This document shows positions 8,897 to 18,423 of a stretch of 25,242 nt of DNA, piece after piece. Both the position numbers and the translations under genes were made by a program. The notes beneath the pieces were generated by a model, which was not told the DNA's origin, ran no database searches, and saw nothing but the letters and a program-made list of their open reading frames with translations. The stretch's first letter is position 1. Each line of letters begins with the position of its first letter. Source of the stretch: Candidatus Dadabacteria bacterium (lineage in GTDB: Bacteria > Desulfobacterota_D > UBA1144 > Nemesobacterales > CSP1-2); the NCBI GenBank assembly GCA_040289575.1, contig PSLL01000024.1, positions 1 through 25,242 of the forward strand. Reading direction: 5' to 3'.

Positions 8897-9023
8897 TCGA
8901 GTCCCTTATGAACCCTGTAAGTTCTCTAACTGTATCTGTATAGTCTTGGACTTTTATCTCTTCGATCTTTAATAGTTCTTTCCTTGCTTCTTCCATGTGA
9001 TTTATCCTCCTGATTTTTTTCAT
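8856..9023 (-). pseudogene. Short ORF, probably a truncated 5' gene fragment (55 aa)
   Basis: AAGGAG precedes ATG 9023 and AGGAGG precedes a second in-frame ATG. Reads MKKIRRINHMEEARKELLKIEEIKVQDYTDTVRELTGFIRDS, then runs antisense into the hydrolase 3' end. Confidence 0.45.
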
Positions 9024-9050
9024 ACTGTTCTCCTTGATCTGAATCTTTTC

Positions 9051-9584
9051 TTATGCCGCTCTCCACCTATCTATTTGAGCGGCCTCTTCCATTTCCTCTT
9101 TTGCGCGCTGCCACGCACTGAATTTGTCAAATACAAGCTTCATTCTCATTTTTATTGATGGTGAATAGAAATCCCATTTAGATCCCCATCCAGGACGAAA
9201 GAAAAACCTAAAGAATGACATCTGCTCATTACGTTGTTTTTCGTTGCTATTTGAGGCAAGACAACCAGTTCGAACCAGACTGTATCCGATACCAAATGTT
9301 CTAGCCACTCTACCTATAAGGCCAATCCTTTTGCCCGCTCTTGAGGCAAGTGTGGAGAAAACATAGGCAGCCTCTTGTGTGAAATATCCATAGATTGGAA
9401 ACTTATTGTCCATCCCTATAAGGTTTCTTACTAAAACTATATCCAGGGATGGAAGCGCAAACCTACCGTTCATATTTATATAATCTTTGACGGAGAATTC
9501 TCCTATATCACCGCATCTCTCAAGCGAAACCCTTATGTTTTCCCATTCCCTTCTTGCTATCTGAATTGCCATCTGTGTATCCAT
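9051..9584 (-). CDS. Hypothetical protein (177 aa)
   Basis: Open frame with strong RBS AAGGAGGAG and an upstream -24/-12 element; no motif recognised. Confidence 0.75.
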   Translation of the reverse strand: MDTQMAIQIARREWENIRVSLERCGDIGEFSVKDYINMNGRFALPSLDIVLVRNLIGMDNKFPIYGYFTQEAAYVFSTLASRAGKRIGLIGRVARTFGIGYSLVRTGCLASNSNEKQRNEQMSFFRFFFRPGWGSKWDFYSPSIKMRMKLVFDKFSAWQRAKEEMEEAAQIDRWRAA

Positions 9585-9627
9585 TTTCTCCTCCTTAGCC
9601 TTCTCTTGTTTTTTATAATGAATAGAG

Positions 9628-9642
9628 GCAAATTTTATGCCA
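9628..9642 (-). promoter_or_regulatory. Sigma-54 (-24/-12) promoter
   Basis: Minus strand TGGCATAAAATTTGC has exact GG-N10-GC spacing and lies ~45 nt upstream of the 9584 start. Confidence 0.8.
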
Positions 9643-9749
9643 ATAGTTAACAGTTTGTTATAACCGTTCCTACACCTAAGTAGGTAGCTAAAAATGAGAA
9701 AAGAATAGGAGGCGTTGTCAAAAAAGATTCGGGAACGGTATTTACTCGG

Positions 9750-10148
9750 CTATGCCATTGCCGATCGGACGAGAATAAGACCTGAGAATACCGCAATAAG
9801 TCCAATAACGGTCTGACCAATTGTGTTCAATAGAGCCATTCCTTTACTGCCAGATACGATAAGTGACATCGTCTCAAAGCTAAAGGTAGAAAAGGTGGTG
9901 TAACCACCGAGAACACCAGTTGCAAGTAGTAAGCGTGTATTAGCTGAAAGAATACCCCTCTCAACGAAACCGTATACGATCCCGATCAGAAATGCCCCTG
10001 AGACATTGATGATAAAGGTACTCCATGGAAATGTAGAACTAGCGCGGCTTTGAATCCAACCTCCTAATAAATATCTACTACCAGCCCCAAGTGCCCCGCC
10101 AATAGCGACGAGCAAAACGTTAATCACGATCTCTGCCCCGACCTTCAT
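9750..10148 (-). CDS. crcB: Fluoride channel Fluc/CrcB
   Basis: GGALGA..RY, FPWSTFIINVSG and TGVLGGYTTFSTFSFET signature; four hydrophobic helices. Confidence 0.95.
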   Translation of the reverse strand: MKVGAEIVINVLLVAIGGALGAGSRYLLGGWIQSRASSTFPWSTFIINVSGAFLIGIVYGFVERGILSANTRLLLATGVLGGYTTFSTFSFETMSLIVSGSKGMALLNTIGQTVIGLIAVFSGLILVRSAMA

Positions 10149-10171
10149 ATTAGCTTCCCCTTATCTGAGCC

Positions 10172-10450
10172 TCAATGACCTATCATCCAAGGTCGTCCAC
10201 TACCTCGGTGAGGGTGTTTTCGTTTTGAGGTGGGTTTCCCGCTCGGGAAACGTCTAATTATTTTCGGTTCTATACTTTGCTCGATGCATGGTCGTAAGGT
10301 GTTCTGGGTTGTAATTAAACCTGGTAGCGAAAAGATACGTTCAGCAATAACCTTGCAATTTGAACAAACTATTGGCTTACTTGCGTCTTTCATTTCACGC
10401 CGTATCTCAAAGGGACCGCAGTTTTCACATATGAACTCATAAATGGGCAC
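10172..10450 (-). CDS. fmdB: FmdB-family zinc-ribbon protein
   Basis: MPIYEFICENCG...CSNC..AERIFS with two CxxC pairs and a C-terminal RPWMIGH; GTG start after GGAGG; directly downstream of formamidase. Confidence 0.9.
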   Translation of the reverse strand: MPIYEFICENCGPFEIRREMKDASKPIVCSNCKVIAERIFSLPGLITTQNTLRPCIEQSIEPKIIRRFPSGKPTSKRKHPHRGSGRPWMIGH

Positions 10451-10489
10451 TGCCGTTGACCTCCGTTTTTACTTACCTTAAATGTCCAT

Positions 10490-11668
10490 CTATGATGGTA
10501 AAATATTCCGTTGGAAGATCTCTGTTGGAATTGCAAGTGTGCAGCAGGCATTGGGTATGTCTACTATACCGCTAATCCGTCCCTCACAGGGAGCGCAGCT
10601 AAGAAGTATATATGCCTGTTCGCCTGTATAATCAAACATCTTCAGATACTCTATGGCATTCAGGCATGCACGTCGGTAGGCGATGTAAGCATCCAGATAA
10701 TACTGCTTATCTTGCTCATCAACTGAGATACCTTCAAAAACCAGATACTCAGAATACCGGGGTTCGACTGGCCCCGGCTTGAATATAGGATTTATAATTC
10801 CGTATTTTGCCATTCCACCCTTAATAATGTCTACATGGAGGTCTATCCACCCTGCCATCTCTATAGCCCCGCAAAATGAGATCTCACCGTCGCCCTGTGA
10901 GAAGTGGATGTCACCCATGGAGAGTTTTGCGCCTTCAACATATACCGGGAAATAAATGCGAGAACCACGAGAGAGATTTTTAATATCGCAGTTGCCACCA
11001 TGCTCACGCGGAGGAACTGTACGCGCAGCTTCTTTGGCGATTCTATCAAACTCAGAAGTACCCTTTTTCACCTTTCCAAGGATCGCATTTTGTGGATTTG
11101 GCGGGGCTGCTAGTGGAGGAATCCTGTTTGGGTTTGTTGTGATGAGTTCTGCCTCTCGCTTATTCCACTTGGCGAGCAACTCATGTGATGGAGCACAGCC
11201 AATTAACCCTGGATGTGTGAGTCCTGCGAATTTAACGTCTGGAATATGTCGAGATTTACAATAGATGCCTTCAAAGTCCCAGATTGCCTTAGCTGCATTA
11301 GGAAAGTGATCGGTAAGAAAGCCGCCTCCATTTTCTCTGGCAAAGATACCTGTAAAACCCCACTCTGAGGTTGGAATGGCTCCAATGTCCAGTAAATCCA
11401 CAACCAAGATATCACCAGGCTTAGCACCGTTGACCCAAATCGGTCCGCTTAGAACGTGGACAATCGATAGATCTACATCACGGACATCATTAGGACTATC
11501 GTTGTTCTGAATTTGCCCATCAGTCCAGTCTTTACATTCAACACGAAAGACTTCACCTGGATTTACGGAGACTACCGCCGGAATATCAGGATGCCATCTG
11601 TTGTGCCCGGGTACATCTTGTTTATCCATAGGTTTGGTAAGGTCAATACTGAAAATAACCTTAGGCAT
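10490..11668 (-). CDS. fmdA: Formamidase (FmdA/AmdA acetamidase-formamidase family)
   Basis: HNRWHPDIP, DWTDGQI, HPGLIGCAPS, ARTVPPREHGGNCDIKNL, GDIHFSQGDGEI and DIPNAC motifs. Confidence 0.95.
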   Translation of the reverse strand: MPKVIFSIDLTKPMDKQDVPGHNRWHPDIPAVVSVNPGEVFRVECKDWTDGQIQNNDSPNDVRDVDLSIVHVLSGPIWVNGAKPGDILVVDLLDIGAIPTSEWGFTGIFARENGGGFLTDHFPNAAKAIWDFEGIYCKSRHIPDVKFAGLTHPGLIGCAPSHELLAKWNKREAELITTNPNRIPPLAAPPNPQNAILGKVKKGTSEFDRIAKEAARTVPPREHGGNCDIKNLSRGSRIYFPVYVEGAKLSMGDIHFSQGDGEISFCGAIEMAGWIDLHVDIIKGGMAKYGIINPIFKPGPVEPRYSEYLVFEGISVDEQDKQYYLDAYIAYRRACLNAIEYLKMFDYTGEQAYILLSCAPCEGRISGIVDIPNACCTLAIPTEIFQRNILPS

Positions 11669-11714
11669 GATTATTAACCTCCTTCTTACTTATCTCTTTT
11701 CTTGGACTTATAAG

Positions 11715-11729
11715 GCAATTCGTATGCCA
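11715..11729 (-). promoter_or_regulatory. Sigma-54 (-24/-12) promoter of the fmdA operon
   Basis: Minus strand TGGCATACGAATTGC has exact GG-N10-GC spacing and lies ~47 nt upstream of the fmdA ATG. Confidence 0.82.
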
Positions 11730-11833
11730 AAGCTGATAAATGGATAGTAAGATAGCTAGGGACCTTATATTTAAAGGAAAAAACCGTAAAATGGGTTCCA
11801 CTAGATAGTTGGAAAAAACATTAGTGGGTTACC

Positions 11834-11857
11834 TTTTTGTAAGGAGACATACAAAAA
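11834..11857. promoter_or_regulatory. Palindromic upstream activator site candidate (TGT-N10-ACA)
   Basis: TTTTTGTA-AGGAGACA-TACAAAAA, a perfect 8-bp inverted repeat 105-130 bp upstream of the -24 element. Confidence 0.65.
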
Positions 11858-12021
11858 TGTTCTCAAGTCTACATGGGGCCTTACTGGAGCTGTGCCTGAG
11901 GATTGTGTAGGGAGCGATGAGAGGGCCCACTCAAAATATTAGGAGATGAATAGGTAACATAAGAGAAAGTCTCTATTGTGAGAGGTCTATTTCTGTGATT
12001 AAATAATAGGGATCTGGAAAA

Positions 12022-13374
12022 ATGAAATTAATCCTAAGTCATAGACTGAGAGAAATCATAATAATCTTATTTTCCCTTCTTTTAGTCCTATCCTCATACA
12101 CCAAAGTTGAGTCTCGGGATATTTGGCAGGTCCAAGAGGCTACGCTCACAAATGGCCTTCGGGTTCTTCTTCTTGAGGATCATAGAACTCCAACGGTTAC
12201 ATTGCAGGTTTGGTACAGGGTTGGTTCGAGAAATGAGCACCTCGGGATGACAGGAATCTCACACATGCTTGAGCACATGATGTTTAGAGGTGCTAAAAAG
12301 TATGGCCCCGATGCGTTTTCCGAAACAGTGGAGAAAAACGGGGGCAACGATAATGCCTTTACAACGGAGGACTACACGGTGTATTTTGAAAATATAGCCT
12401 CCCGAAAGATTGATATACTCCTTGACCTTGAGTCCGATCGCATGGCCGATGTGCTTTTAGACCCAAAGCTCTTCCTTCTGGAGAGGAATGTGGTTATTGA
12501 GGAAAGACGCCTTCGTACAGAAGATAATCCTGTATCAGACCTTTTAGAGCAGATAGATGCCGCTGCCTTTAAAGCCCACCCCTATCATTCTCCCGTTATA
12601 GGCTGGATGTCGGATATAGAGCAGCTTACAAGGGACGACGTATATAAGTACTATAAAACATATTATGCCCCGAATAATGCGGTTCTTGTGGTGGTCGGAG
12701 ATTTTAAGTCTGAGGAGCTACTTGTCAAGATAGAGAAGAGTTTCGGTCAGATAAAATCCAATGTATCTCCGCCTAAGGTGAGGAGTATAGAGCCGCCCCA
12801 GAGGGGGGAAATCCGTGTGACACTGAGGAGAACAGCGGAGCTTCCATTTGTTGCGGTAGCATATCATACGCCGAATCTCACAAGCCATGATAGCTTTGCC
12901 CTTGAGGTTCTTTCTACAATCCTTGCGAGGGGGAACAGTTCAAGGCTTTATAAAAGCCTGGTTTATGATAAACAGATTGCGCTATCTATAGGTGGGGATT
13001 ATTCGCGTATCAGTATTGACCCAGGCCTTATCTATTTTTATGCCCAGGTTCTTCCGGGAAAGAATCCCGCGGATGTAGAAGATGCGATATATAATGAAAT
13101 AGAAAGAATAAAAAAGGAGCCAATCTCCCAATATGATCTGGAGAAGGTCAAGAATCAGTTAGAATCCTCATTTGTTTTTAGTCAGGACTCTTTATTTGGA
13201 AGAGGTTTTATTCTGGGTCAATACGAAATCCTTGGAAACTGGAGGATGGTGAAGGACTATTTACCCGGCATCAGGGCTGTCACAGCAGAGGACGTTATGA
13301 ATGTTGTAAAGAAGTATCTAACTCAAGATAACAGAACTGTGGGTGTGCTTATCCCTGAGAAGCCGCAGTCATGA
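12022..13374 (+). CDS. M16B zinc peptidase, catalytic subunit
   Basis: Inverted zinc motif HMLEH (HxxEH); NAFTT.DYTVY; N-terminal signal-like stretch. Confidence 0.95.
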   Translation: MKLILSHRLREIIIILFSLLLVLSSYTKVESRDIWQVQEATLTNGLRVLLLEDHRTPTVTLQVWYRVGSRNEHLGMTGISHMLEHMMFRGAKKYGPDAFSETVEKNGGNDNAFTTEDYTVYFENIASRKIDILLDLESDRMADVLLDPKLFLLERNVVIEERRLRTEDNPVSDLLEQIDAAAFKAHPYHSPVIGWMSDIEQLTRDDVYKYYKTYYAPNNAVLVVVGDFKSEELLVKIEKSFGQIKSNVSPPKVRSIEPPQRGEIRVTLRRTAELPFVAVAYHTPNLTSHDSFALEVLSTILARGNSSRLYKSLVYDKQIALSIGGDYSRISIDPGLIYFYAQVLPGKNPADVEDAIYNEIERIKKEPISQYDLEKVKNQLESSFVFSQDSLFGRGFILGQYEILGNWRMVKDYLPGIRAVTAEDVMNVVKKYLTQDNRTVGVLIPEKPQS

Positions 13375-13481
13375 TAATTAACTTCGGGGGTTAAGCCTGT
13401 CCCCACATGCTTTTAGTCGGGAACATTCTGGCATGATATAAAATATGCGTAGCATCGCTAAGTAAGGTAAAAGGGTGTCAA

Positions 13482-14822
13482 ATGAAAACTGAGAAAACAC
13501 AGATTTTATGTGTATCAGTTTTAATTCTATCAATGCTACTTACTTTCTATATTGAGGCAGCGTTGGCAGAACCTCTAGGAAAGCGGGTCGTTCTGGGCAA
13601 TGGGATTACACTTCTTGTATCGGAAAGACCCGGTGTTCCTATGATAGTAGTGGACGTTCTAGTTAAGGCAGGCTCTGTGTTTGAACCCGATCAGAAAGCA
13701 GGCTTGGCCAACCTCACTGCGGGGCTTCTCACACGGGGAACGACAAAGAGGTCGGCAATGGGGATCGCACAGGAGATTGATTTTATGGGAGCCTCCCTCT
13801 CCACCAGCGCGGATTATGACTATATGGAAGCCGAGCTTGTGATTCTAAAGAGGCACTCCAATAAGGGTCTTGAGATCCTTGCAGATATTTTGATGAACCC
13901 TGTTTTCGCCAATGAGGAGATTGAAAAGAAGGTAAGGGAGGTTCAGGGGGAGCTTAGAAAGAATGAGGAGGATCCCAGATGGGTGGTGGAGCGGCGGTTT
14001 CTTAAATCCCTTTTTGAGAACCACCCTTATGGTCGTGCTGTAGAGGGGAATGAGGAGGGCATAAAGAGGATCAGCAGAGCCGATATAGTGGATTTTCACT
14101 CAAACTACTATGTTCCAAATAGAACGATTATTGCAATTGCGGGGGATATAACCCTTCATGAAGCAAAGGACTTAATCCAAAAGAATTTTGGAAACTGGCA
14201 TCCTAAGCATATACAGGAGAATCAGATTCCCCTTCCTCAGGGACCCAAAGAAACCGTTTCAATTAAACTAGACCGTAAGATCGCTCAGTCAAATATCATA
14301 CTTGGTCATTTGGGTATCAGGCGTGATAATCCCGACTATTATGCCATTCAGGTTATGAACTACATACTTGGGGGCGGCGGGTTCTCATCGCGTCTTGTAA
14401 ATGAGATCAGAGATAAAAGGGGGCTTGTTTATAATGTGGATAGCGCCTATGTGTCTATGAAGTACTCTGGCTATTTTCGGGTTGAACTCCAGACTAAGAA
14501 TCCCAGCGCAACGGATGCCATTCGGTTGGTTGTGGAGAATATAAAGAAGATTCGTCAAAATACAGTTTCAGAGAAGGAGCTGGAAGACGCCAAAGCACAT
14601 CTCATAGAGAGTCTCCCTCTGAGGATTGAAACCGATAAAGAGGTGGCTAGAAATATGGCATTATTGGAGTTCTACGGCCTTGGGCTTGATTATTTCGATA
14701 AATATCCAGTGTACATAAAGGCCGTAGGTGAGAAAGACATCTTGAGAGTGGCTCAAGAATATCTCCGTCCCAATAGGTTTGTGATCGTTATTTTAGCCGA
14801 TATGAAGGAGATAAAATCGTAA
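13482..14822 (+). CDS. M16B peptidase, non-catalytic partner subunit
   Basis: M16 fold motifs (GLANLTAGLLTRGT, ILGGGGFSSRL..EIRDKRGLVY) without HxxEH; signal peptide. Confidence 0.93.
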   Translation: MKTEKTQILCVSVLILSMLLTFYIEAALAEPLGKRVVLGNGITLLVSERPGVPMIVVDVLVKAGSVFEPDQKAGLANLTAGLLTRGTTKRSAMGIAQEIDFMGASLSTSADYDYMEAELVILKRHSNKGLEILADILMNPVFANEEIEKKVREVQGELRKNEEDPRWVVERRFLKSLFENHPYGRAVEGNEEGIKRISRADIVDFHSNYYVPNRTIIAIAGDITLHEAKDLIQKNFGNWHPKHIQENQIPLPQGPKETVSIKLDRKIAQSNIILGHLGIRRDNPDYYAIQVMNYILGGGGFSSRLVNEIRDKRGLVYNVDSAYVSMKYSGYFRVELQTKNPSATDAIRLVVENIKKIRQNTVSEKELEDAKAHLIESLPLRIETDKEVARNMALLEFYGLGLDYFDKYPVYIKAVGEKDILRVAQEYLRPNRFVIVILADMKEIKS

Positions 14823-14918
14823 ACGCCTATTCCCCTTTCTTTCAATTTCCAACCCTTTAGGTATTATTTATGTTGTAATCCTGTAGATTCTATAGAGATT
14901 GATTTACAAACTAGCCAA

Positions 14919-15815
14919 ATGAGAGATAAAAAAACCCAAGTTGTTCTTTTTCTTATAACCCTTGTTACTACCTTTTTAGCTGGTTTTCTTCAGGGAGGGA
15001 GTATCACAAATGGAATTGCGTTTTCAGCGGCGCTTCTCTTTATTCTCGGTGCACATGAGATGGGGCACTATATGTATGGGAAAAAATACGGTGTTGACAT
15101 CACGCCTCCATATTTCATACCCGCTCCCCCTATTATCTCTCCTATAGGGACGTTTGGTGCCTTTATTAAGATTAAATCCCCGATTTCGACCAAAAGGGCG
15201 CTTTTCGACATCGGGATAGCGGGACCGCTTCTAGGGATTATCGCCGCAATTCCCATAATCATAGTAGGCATTAAACTCTCAAGGATTGTTGGAACTTCTG
15301 GTCTCGAATCTCGTGGAATGACCCTTGGATCACCCCTGATATTTTCATTCCTGTCCGATACATTTTTTGGAAAGGTTCCCGAGGGGAAGGATATTCTCCT
15401 TCATCCTGTTGCATTTGCGGGATGGATCGGGCTTTTTGTAACGGCGCTTAATCTAATTCCGGCGGGCCAGCTCGATGGCGGTCACATTATGTATGCCCTC
15501 CTTCCGAGGAAATGGCACCGTCGGGTTTCGACCCTTATGATTTTCATACTATTGATTCTCGGTATAGGCACTCAGCCGATAATCCATCTAATCCAATCAA
15601 TCTGGAGCGGAGCTCCTCTCGGCTCTTATAAGGGTCTTGTATTTGACGGATGGCTTGGATGGATTATGTGGGCGATGCTCCTTTCAATTATGGGCACCAG
15701 ACATCCGCCTACAATAGATGATGAGATTCCGCTTGATGGAAAGAGGAAATTTTTAGGTGCCATTGCACTTCTTGTCTTTGTCGGTTGTTTTACTCCTCTG
15801 CCTATAAAGATTTAA
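14919..15815 (+). CDS. Site-2 protease family (M50) membrane metalloprotease
   Basis: HEMGH, IGIAGP and LNLIPAGQLDGGH motifs in a hydrophobic protein. Confidence 0.95.
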   Translation: MRDKKTQVVLFLITLVTTFLAGFLQGGSITNGIAFSAALLFILGAHEMGHYMYGKKYGVDITPPYFIPAPPIISPIGTFGAFIKIKSPISTKRALFDIGIAGPLLGIIAAIPIIIVGIKLSRIVGTSGLESRGMTLGSPLIFSFLSDTFFGKVPEGKDILLHPVAFAGWIGLFVTALNLIPAGQLDGGHIMYALLPRKWHRRVSTLMIFILLILGIGTQPIIHLIQSIWSGAPLGSYKGLVFDGWLGWIMWAMLLSIMGTRHPPTIDDEIPLDGKRKFLGAIALLVFVGCFTPLPIKI

Positions 15816-15839
15816 CGGATTTTTAGAGAGGGGGCATTT

Positions 15840-16536
15840 ATGAATGAAAGGGTTGCATTGATAACAGGTGGTGCTCGCGGCATCGGACGCGCAATTGCCA
15901 TTGAATTGGCTGAGCGGGGTTGGTCTGTTGCCATATGCTATCGTCAAAGCGGGAACGAGGCGAAAGATACCGTTGAGGCAATACGGAAGAAAGGCTCTCG
16001 CGGAATTGAAATGCGGTGCGATGTTTCCGACCCAGTGGAGGCGGATTGATGCCCTGATAAACTGCGCGGGGCCTTATCACCGAATCAACCTCCTCGAGGA
16101 GACTATAGAGGGATGGCACTCGATGTTTGATAATAACCTCCATCCGGTCTTTTACCTAAGCCGACTCGTATCGCCTGGGATGAAAGAGCGCAGATGGGGA
16201 AGGATTATAAATTTCAGTATGGCAAATGCGGATCAGCTTGTTGCCCAAACTGAAATAACCGCTCACTATATTGCCAAGGCCGGGGTACTGATTCTCACTC
16301 GATCGCTTGCCAGAATTCTCGCTCCTTATGGAATAACCGTCAATTCTATTTCCCCGGGTTTTATTAACTCTGGAAGTGCTTCAGAAGAGGAGTTATCAAA
16401 AATGATGGCCAGAATTCCCGCTGGATATGTGGGAACCACAGATGATGCTGTATCGGTTACCTGCTTCCTTATTTCAGAAGAGGCAAGATACATCAATGGA
16501 GCCAATATTCATCTAAGTGGCGGATGGGGGATATGA
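15840..16536 (+). pseudogene. SDR-family oxidoreductase with internal deletion/frameshift
   Basis: The first frame (TGGARGIG...CDVSDPVEA) switches at ~16041 to a second frame (RIDALINCAG...WGRIINFS...VNSISPG...YINGANIHLSGG); the helix normally between these segments is missing. Confidence 0.88.
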
Positions 16537-16612
16537 TTTATGAAATTTGAAGAACTCTGGAATTCAGGTATAAGTATTTTGGTTATGGCTAATTTACTCA
16601 AGGAGATAATAC

Positions 16613-17902
16613 ATGGCTAAAGAAACTTTGACAATTATTGATAACAGGACTGGGAAGAGCTATGAAATCCCCATAAGTAATGGAACAATTCGGGCAATTG
16701 ATCTGCGTCAAATTAAGGTCTCAGACGACGACTTTGGACTCATGAGCTATGATCCTGCATTTACCAACACCGCGTCGTGTAAAAGTAGAATAACCTTTAT
16801 TGACGGAGACAAAGGTATCCTTATGTATCGTGGCTACCCTATAGAGCAGTTGGCAGAAAAGAGCAATTATTTAGAGACCGCATACCTAATTCTGCACGGG
16901 GAGCTGCCGACTAAATCTGAATACAACCAATGGGTTCACGATATAACACATCACACATTCATACATGAAAAGATTAAGAAATTCATGGACGGATTTCGTC
17001 ATGATGCCCATCCTATGGGTATGCTTCTTGGAACTTTGGGGGCACTCTCGACCTTCTATCCCGATGCTAAGGACATATTCAACCCAAGATCAAGGATGAT
17101 ACAGATTCACCGACTGATTGCCAAGATGCCGACACTGGCGGCATTTTCGTACCGCTTCAGTCGCGGACTGCCTTATGTGTATCCAAATAATGATTTAAGT
17201 TATACGGCGAATTTCCTGAGTATGTTGTTTAAGATGTCCGAGGAAAGGTATAGGGGGTATCCCATAATAGAAAAGGCACTTGATGTTCTTTTTATACTTC
17301 ACGCAGACCATGAACAGAACTGTAGCACCAATGCAATGAGAAGCGTTGGGAGTTCTCAGGTAGACCCATTCTCAGCCACTGCCGCCGCCATTGCGGCTCT
17401 CTACGGGCCGCTTCACGGTGGAGCAAATGAGGCGGTGCTTCGTATGCTCGTTGAGATTGGATCAAAGGATAAGGTTCCTGGGTTCATAAAGAGGGTAAAA
17501 GCCGGAGAGGGTCTGCTCATGGGGTTTGGACACCGGGTTTACAAATCCTATGATCCAAGGGCGAAGATTGTTAAAGAGATTGCATATCAGGTTTTTGAGG
17601 TCACTGGCAAAAACCCTCTGCTTGACATTGCGCTTGAGCTTGAGAGGATTGCACTCGAAGACGAGTACTTTATTAAGCGGAGGCTTTATCCGAATGTGGA
17701 TTTCTATACTGGTTTGATATACCAGAGCATGGGGCTTCCGGTTGATATGTTCCCCGTCCTTTTTGCCATACCTCGAACCTCGGGGTGGCTCGCGCAATGG
17801 GAAGAGATGCTGCTTGATGAGGAAACAAAGATAGCCCGTCCAAGGCAGATATATCTAGGACCTGAAAAGCGCGACTATGTACCGATTGAACAAAGGGGTT
17901 GA
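16613..17902 (+). CDS. gltA: Citrate synthase
   Basis: LHADHEQNCST, GPLHGGANE, GFGHRVYKSYDPRA and YPNVDFY motifs; RBS AAGGAG. Confidence 0.98.
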   Translation: MAKETLTIIDNRTGKSYEIPISNGTIRAIDLRQIKVSDDDFGLMSYDPAFTNTASCKSRITFIDGDKGILMYRGYPIEQLAEKSNYLETAYLILHGELPTKSEYNQWVHDITHHTFIHEKIKKFMDGFRHDAHPMGMLLGTLGALSTFYPDAKDIFNPRSRMIQIHRLIAKMPTLAAFSYRFSRGLPYVYPNNDLSYTANFLSMLFKMSEERYRGYPIIEKALDVLFILHADHEQNCSTNAMRSVGSSQVDPFSATAAAIAALYGPLHGGANEAVLRMLVEIGSKDKVPGFIKRVKAGEGLLMGFGHRVYKSYDPRAKIVKEIAYQVFEVTGKNPLLDIALELERIALEDEYFIKRRLYPNVDFYTGLIYQSMGLPVDMFPVLFAIPRTSGWLAQWEEMLLDEETKIARPRQIYLGPEKRDYVPIEQRG

Positions 17903-17910
17903 AGATATAC

Positions 17911-17945
17911 TATGTAGAGATGCAAAAAATTTGCGTCTCTACATA
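17911..17945. repeat. GTAG-type REP-like palindrome / bidirectional terminator
   Basis: TATGTAGAGATGCAAA-AAA-TTTGCGTCTCTACATA, a 16-bp stem with one G-U pair, between convergent genes. Confidence 0.8.
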
Positions 17946-17951
17946 ATGATA

Positions 17952-18299
17952 TTACCCGCCGAATTGCTTAGTAATAATAACGTGATAGAAATAATCTATG
18001 AGATTTTGGAGAACGGAAACAAAAATCTCTACGATCTTCCTTTTTCCTTCTTCGCTCTTTAGAAAATCCCGCCGGTTGCCCTCTAATACTGTGTTCTCTA
18101 AGTAGTTTTCAATGTTCTCCGTAAATGATTTATCAAGGATATTATCTTTATCCCTAAGAAGCGCTTCAATTATTGCCTCATCCTGAATATCGAATTTTGG
18201 TAAATTCTGACAGAGCAATTCTCTTATCTCTCCAACAGGCCAATCGGGGTATTTGCCGAGTATCTTCTCAAAGGCGTTTAATATCTCGTCAATGTCCAT
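17952..18299 (-). CDS. Hypothetical acidic helical protein (115 aa)
   Basis: Open frame with AGAGGA RBS; protein-like composition; no motif recognised. Confidence 0.7.
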   Translation of the reverse strand: MDIDEILNAFEKILGKYPDWPVGEIRELLCQNLPKFDIQDEAIIEALLRDKDNILDKSFTENIENYLENTVLEGNRRDFLKSEEGKRKIVEIFVSVLQNLIDYFYHVIITKQFGG

Positions 18300-18423
18300 T
18301 TTTGCTTTTCCTCTTGATCTATTTCAGCGGACTCGTGTAAGACGGTATAATATACACAAAAATAACTGGTGCATCCTTTATTGACTACTATCTCTATATA
18401 AAAATCGTTGAGTACAAATCCCG

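Noticed and set aside
10149..10171. Fluoride riboswitch upstream of crcB
   Set aside because: The gap is only 23 nt and holds just an RBS; no GGxGATGG...GCTGATG-type consensus is visible
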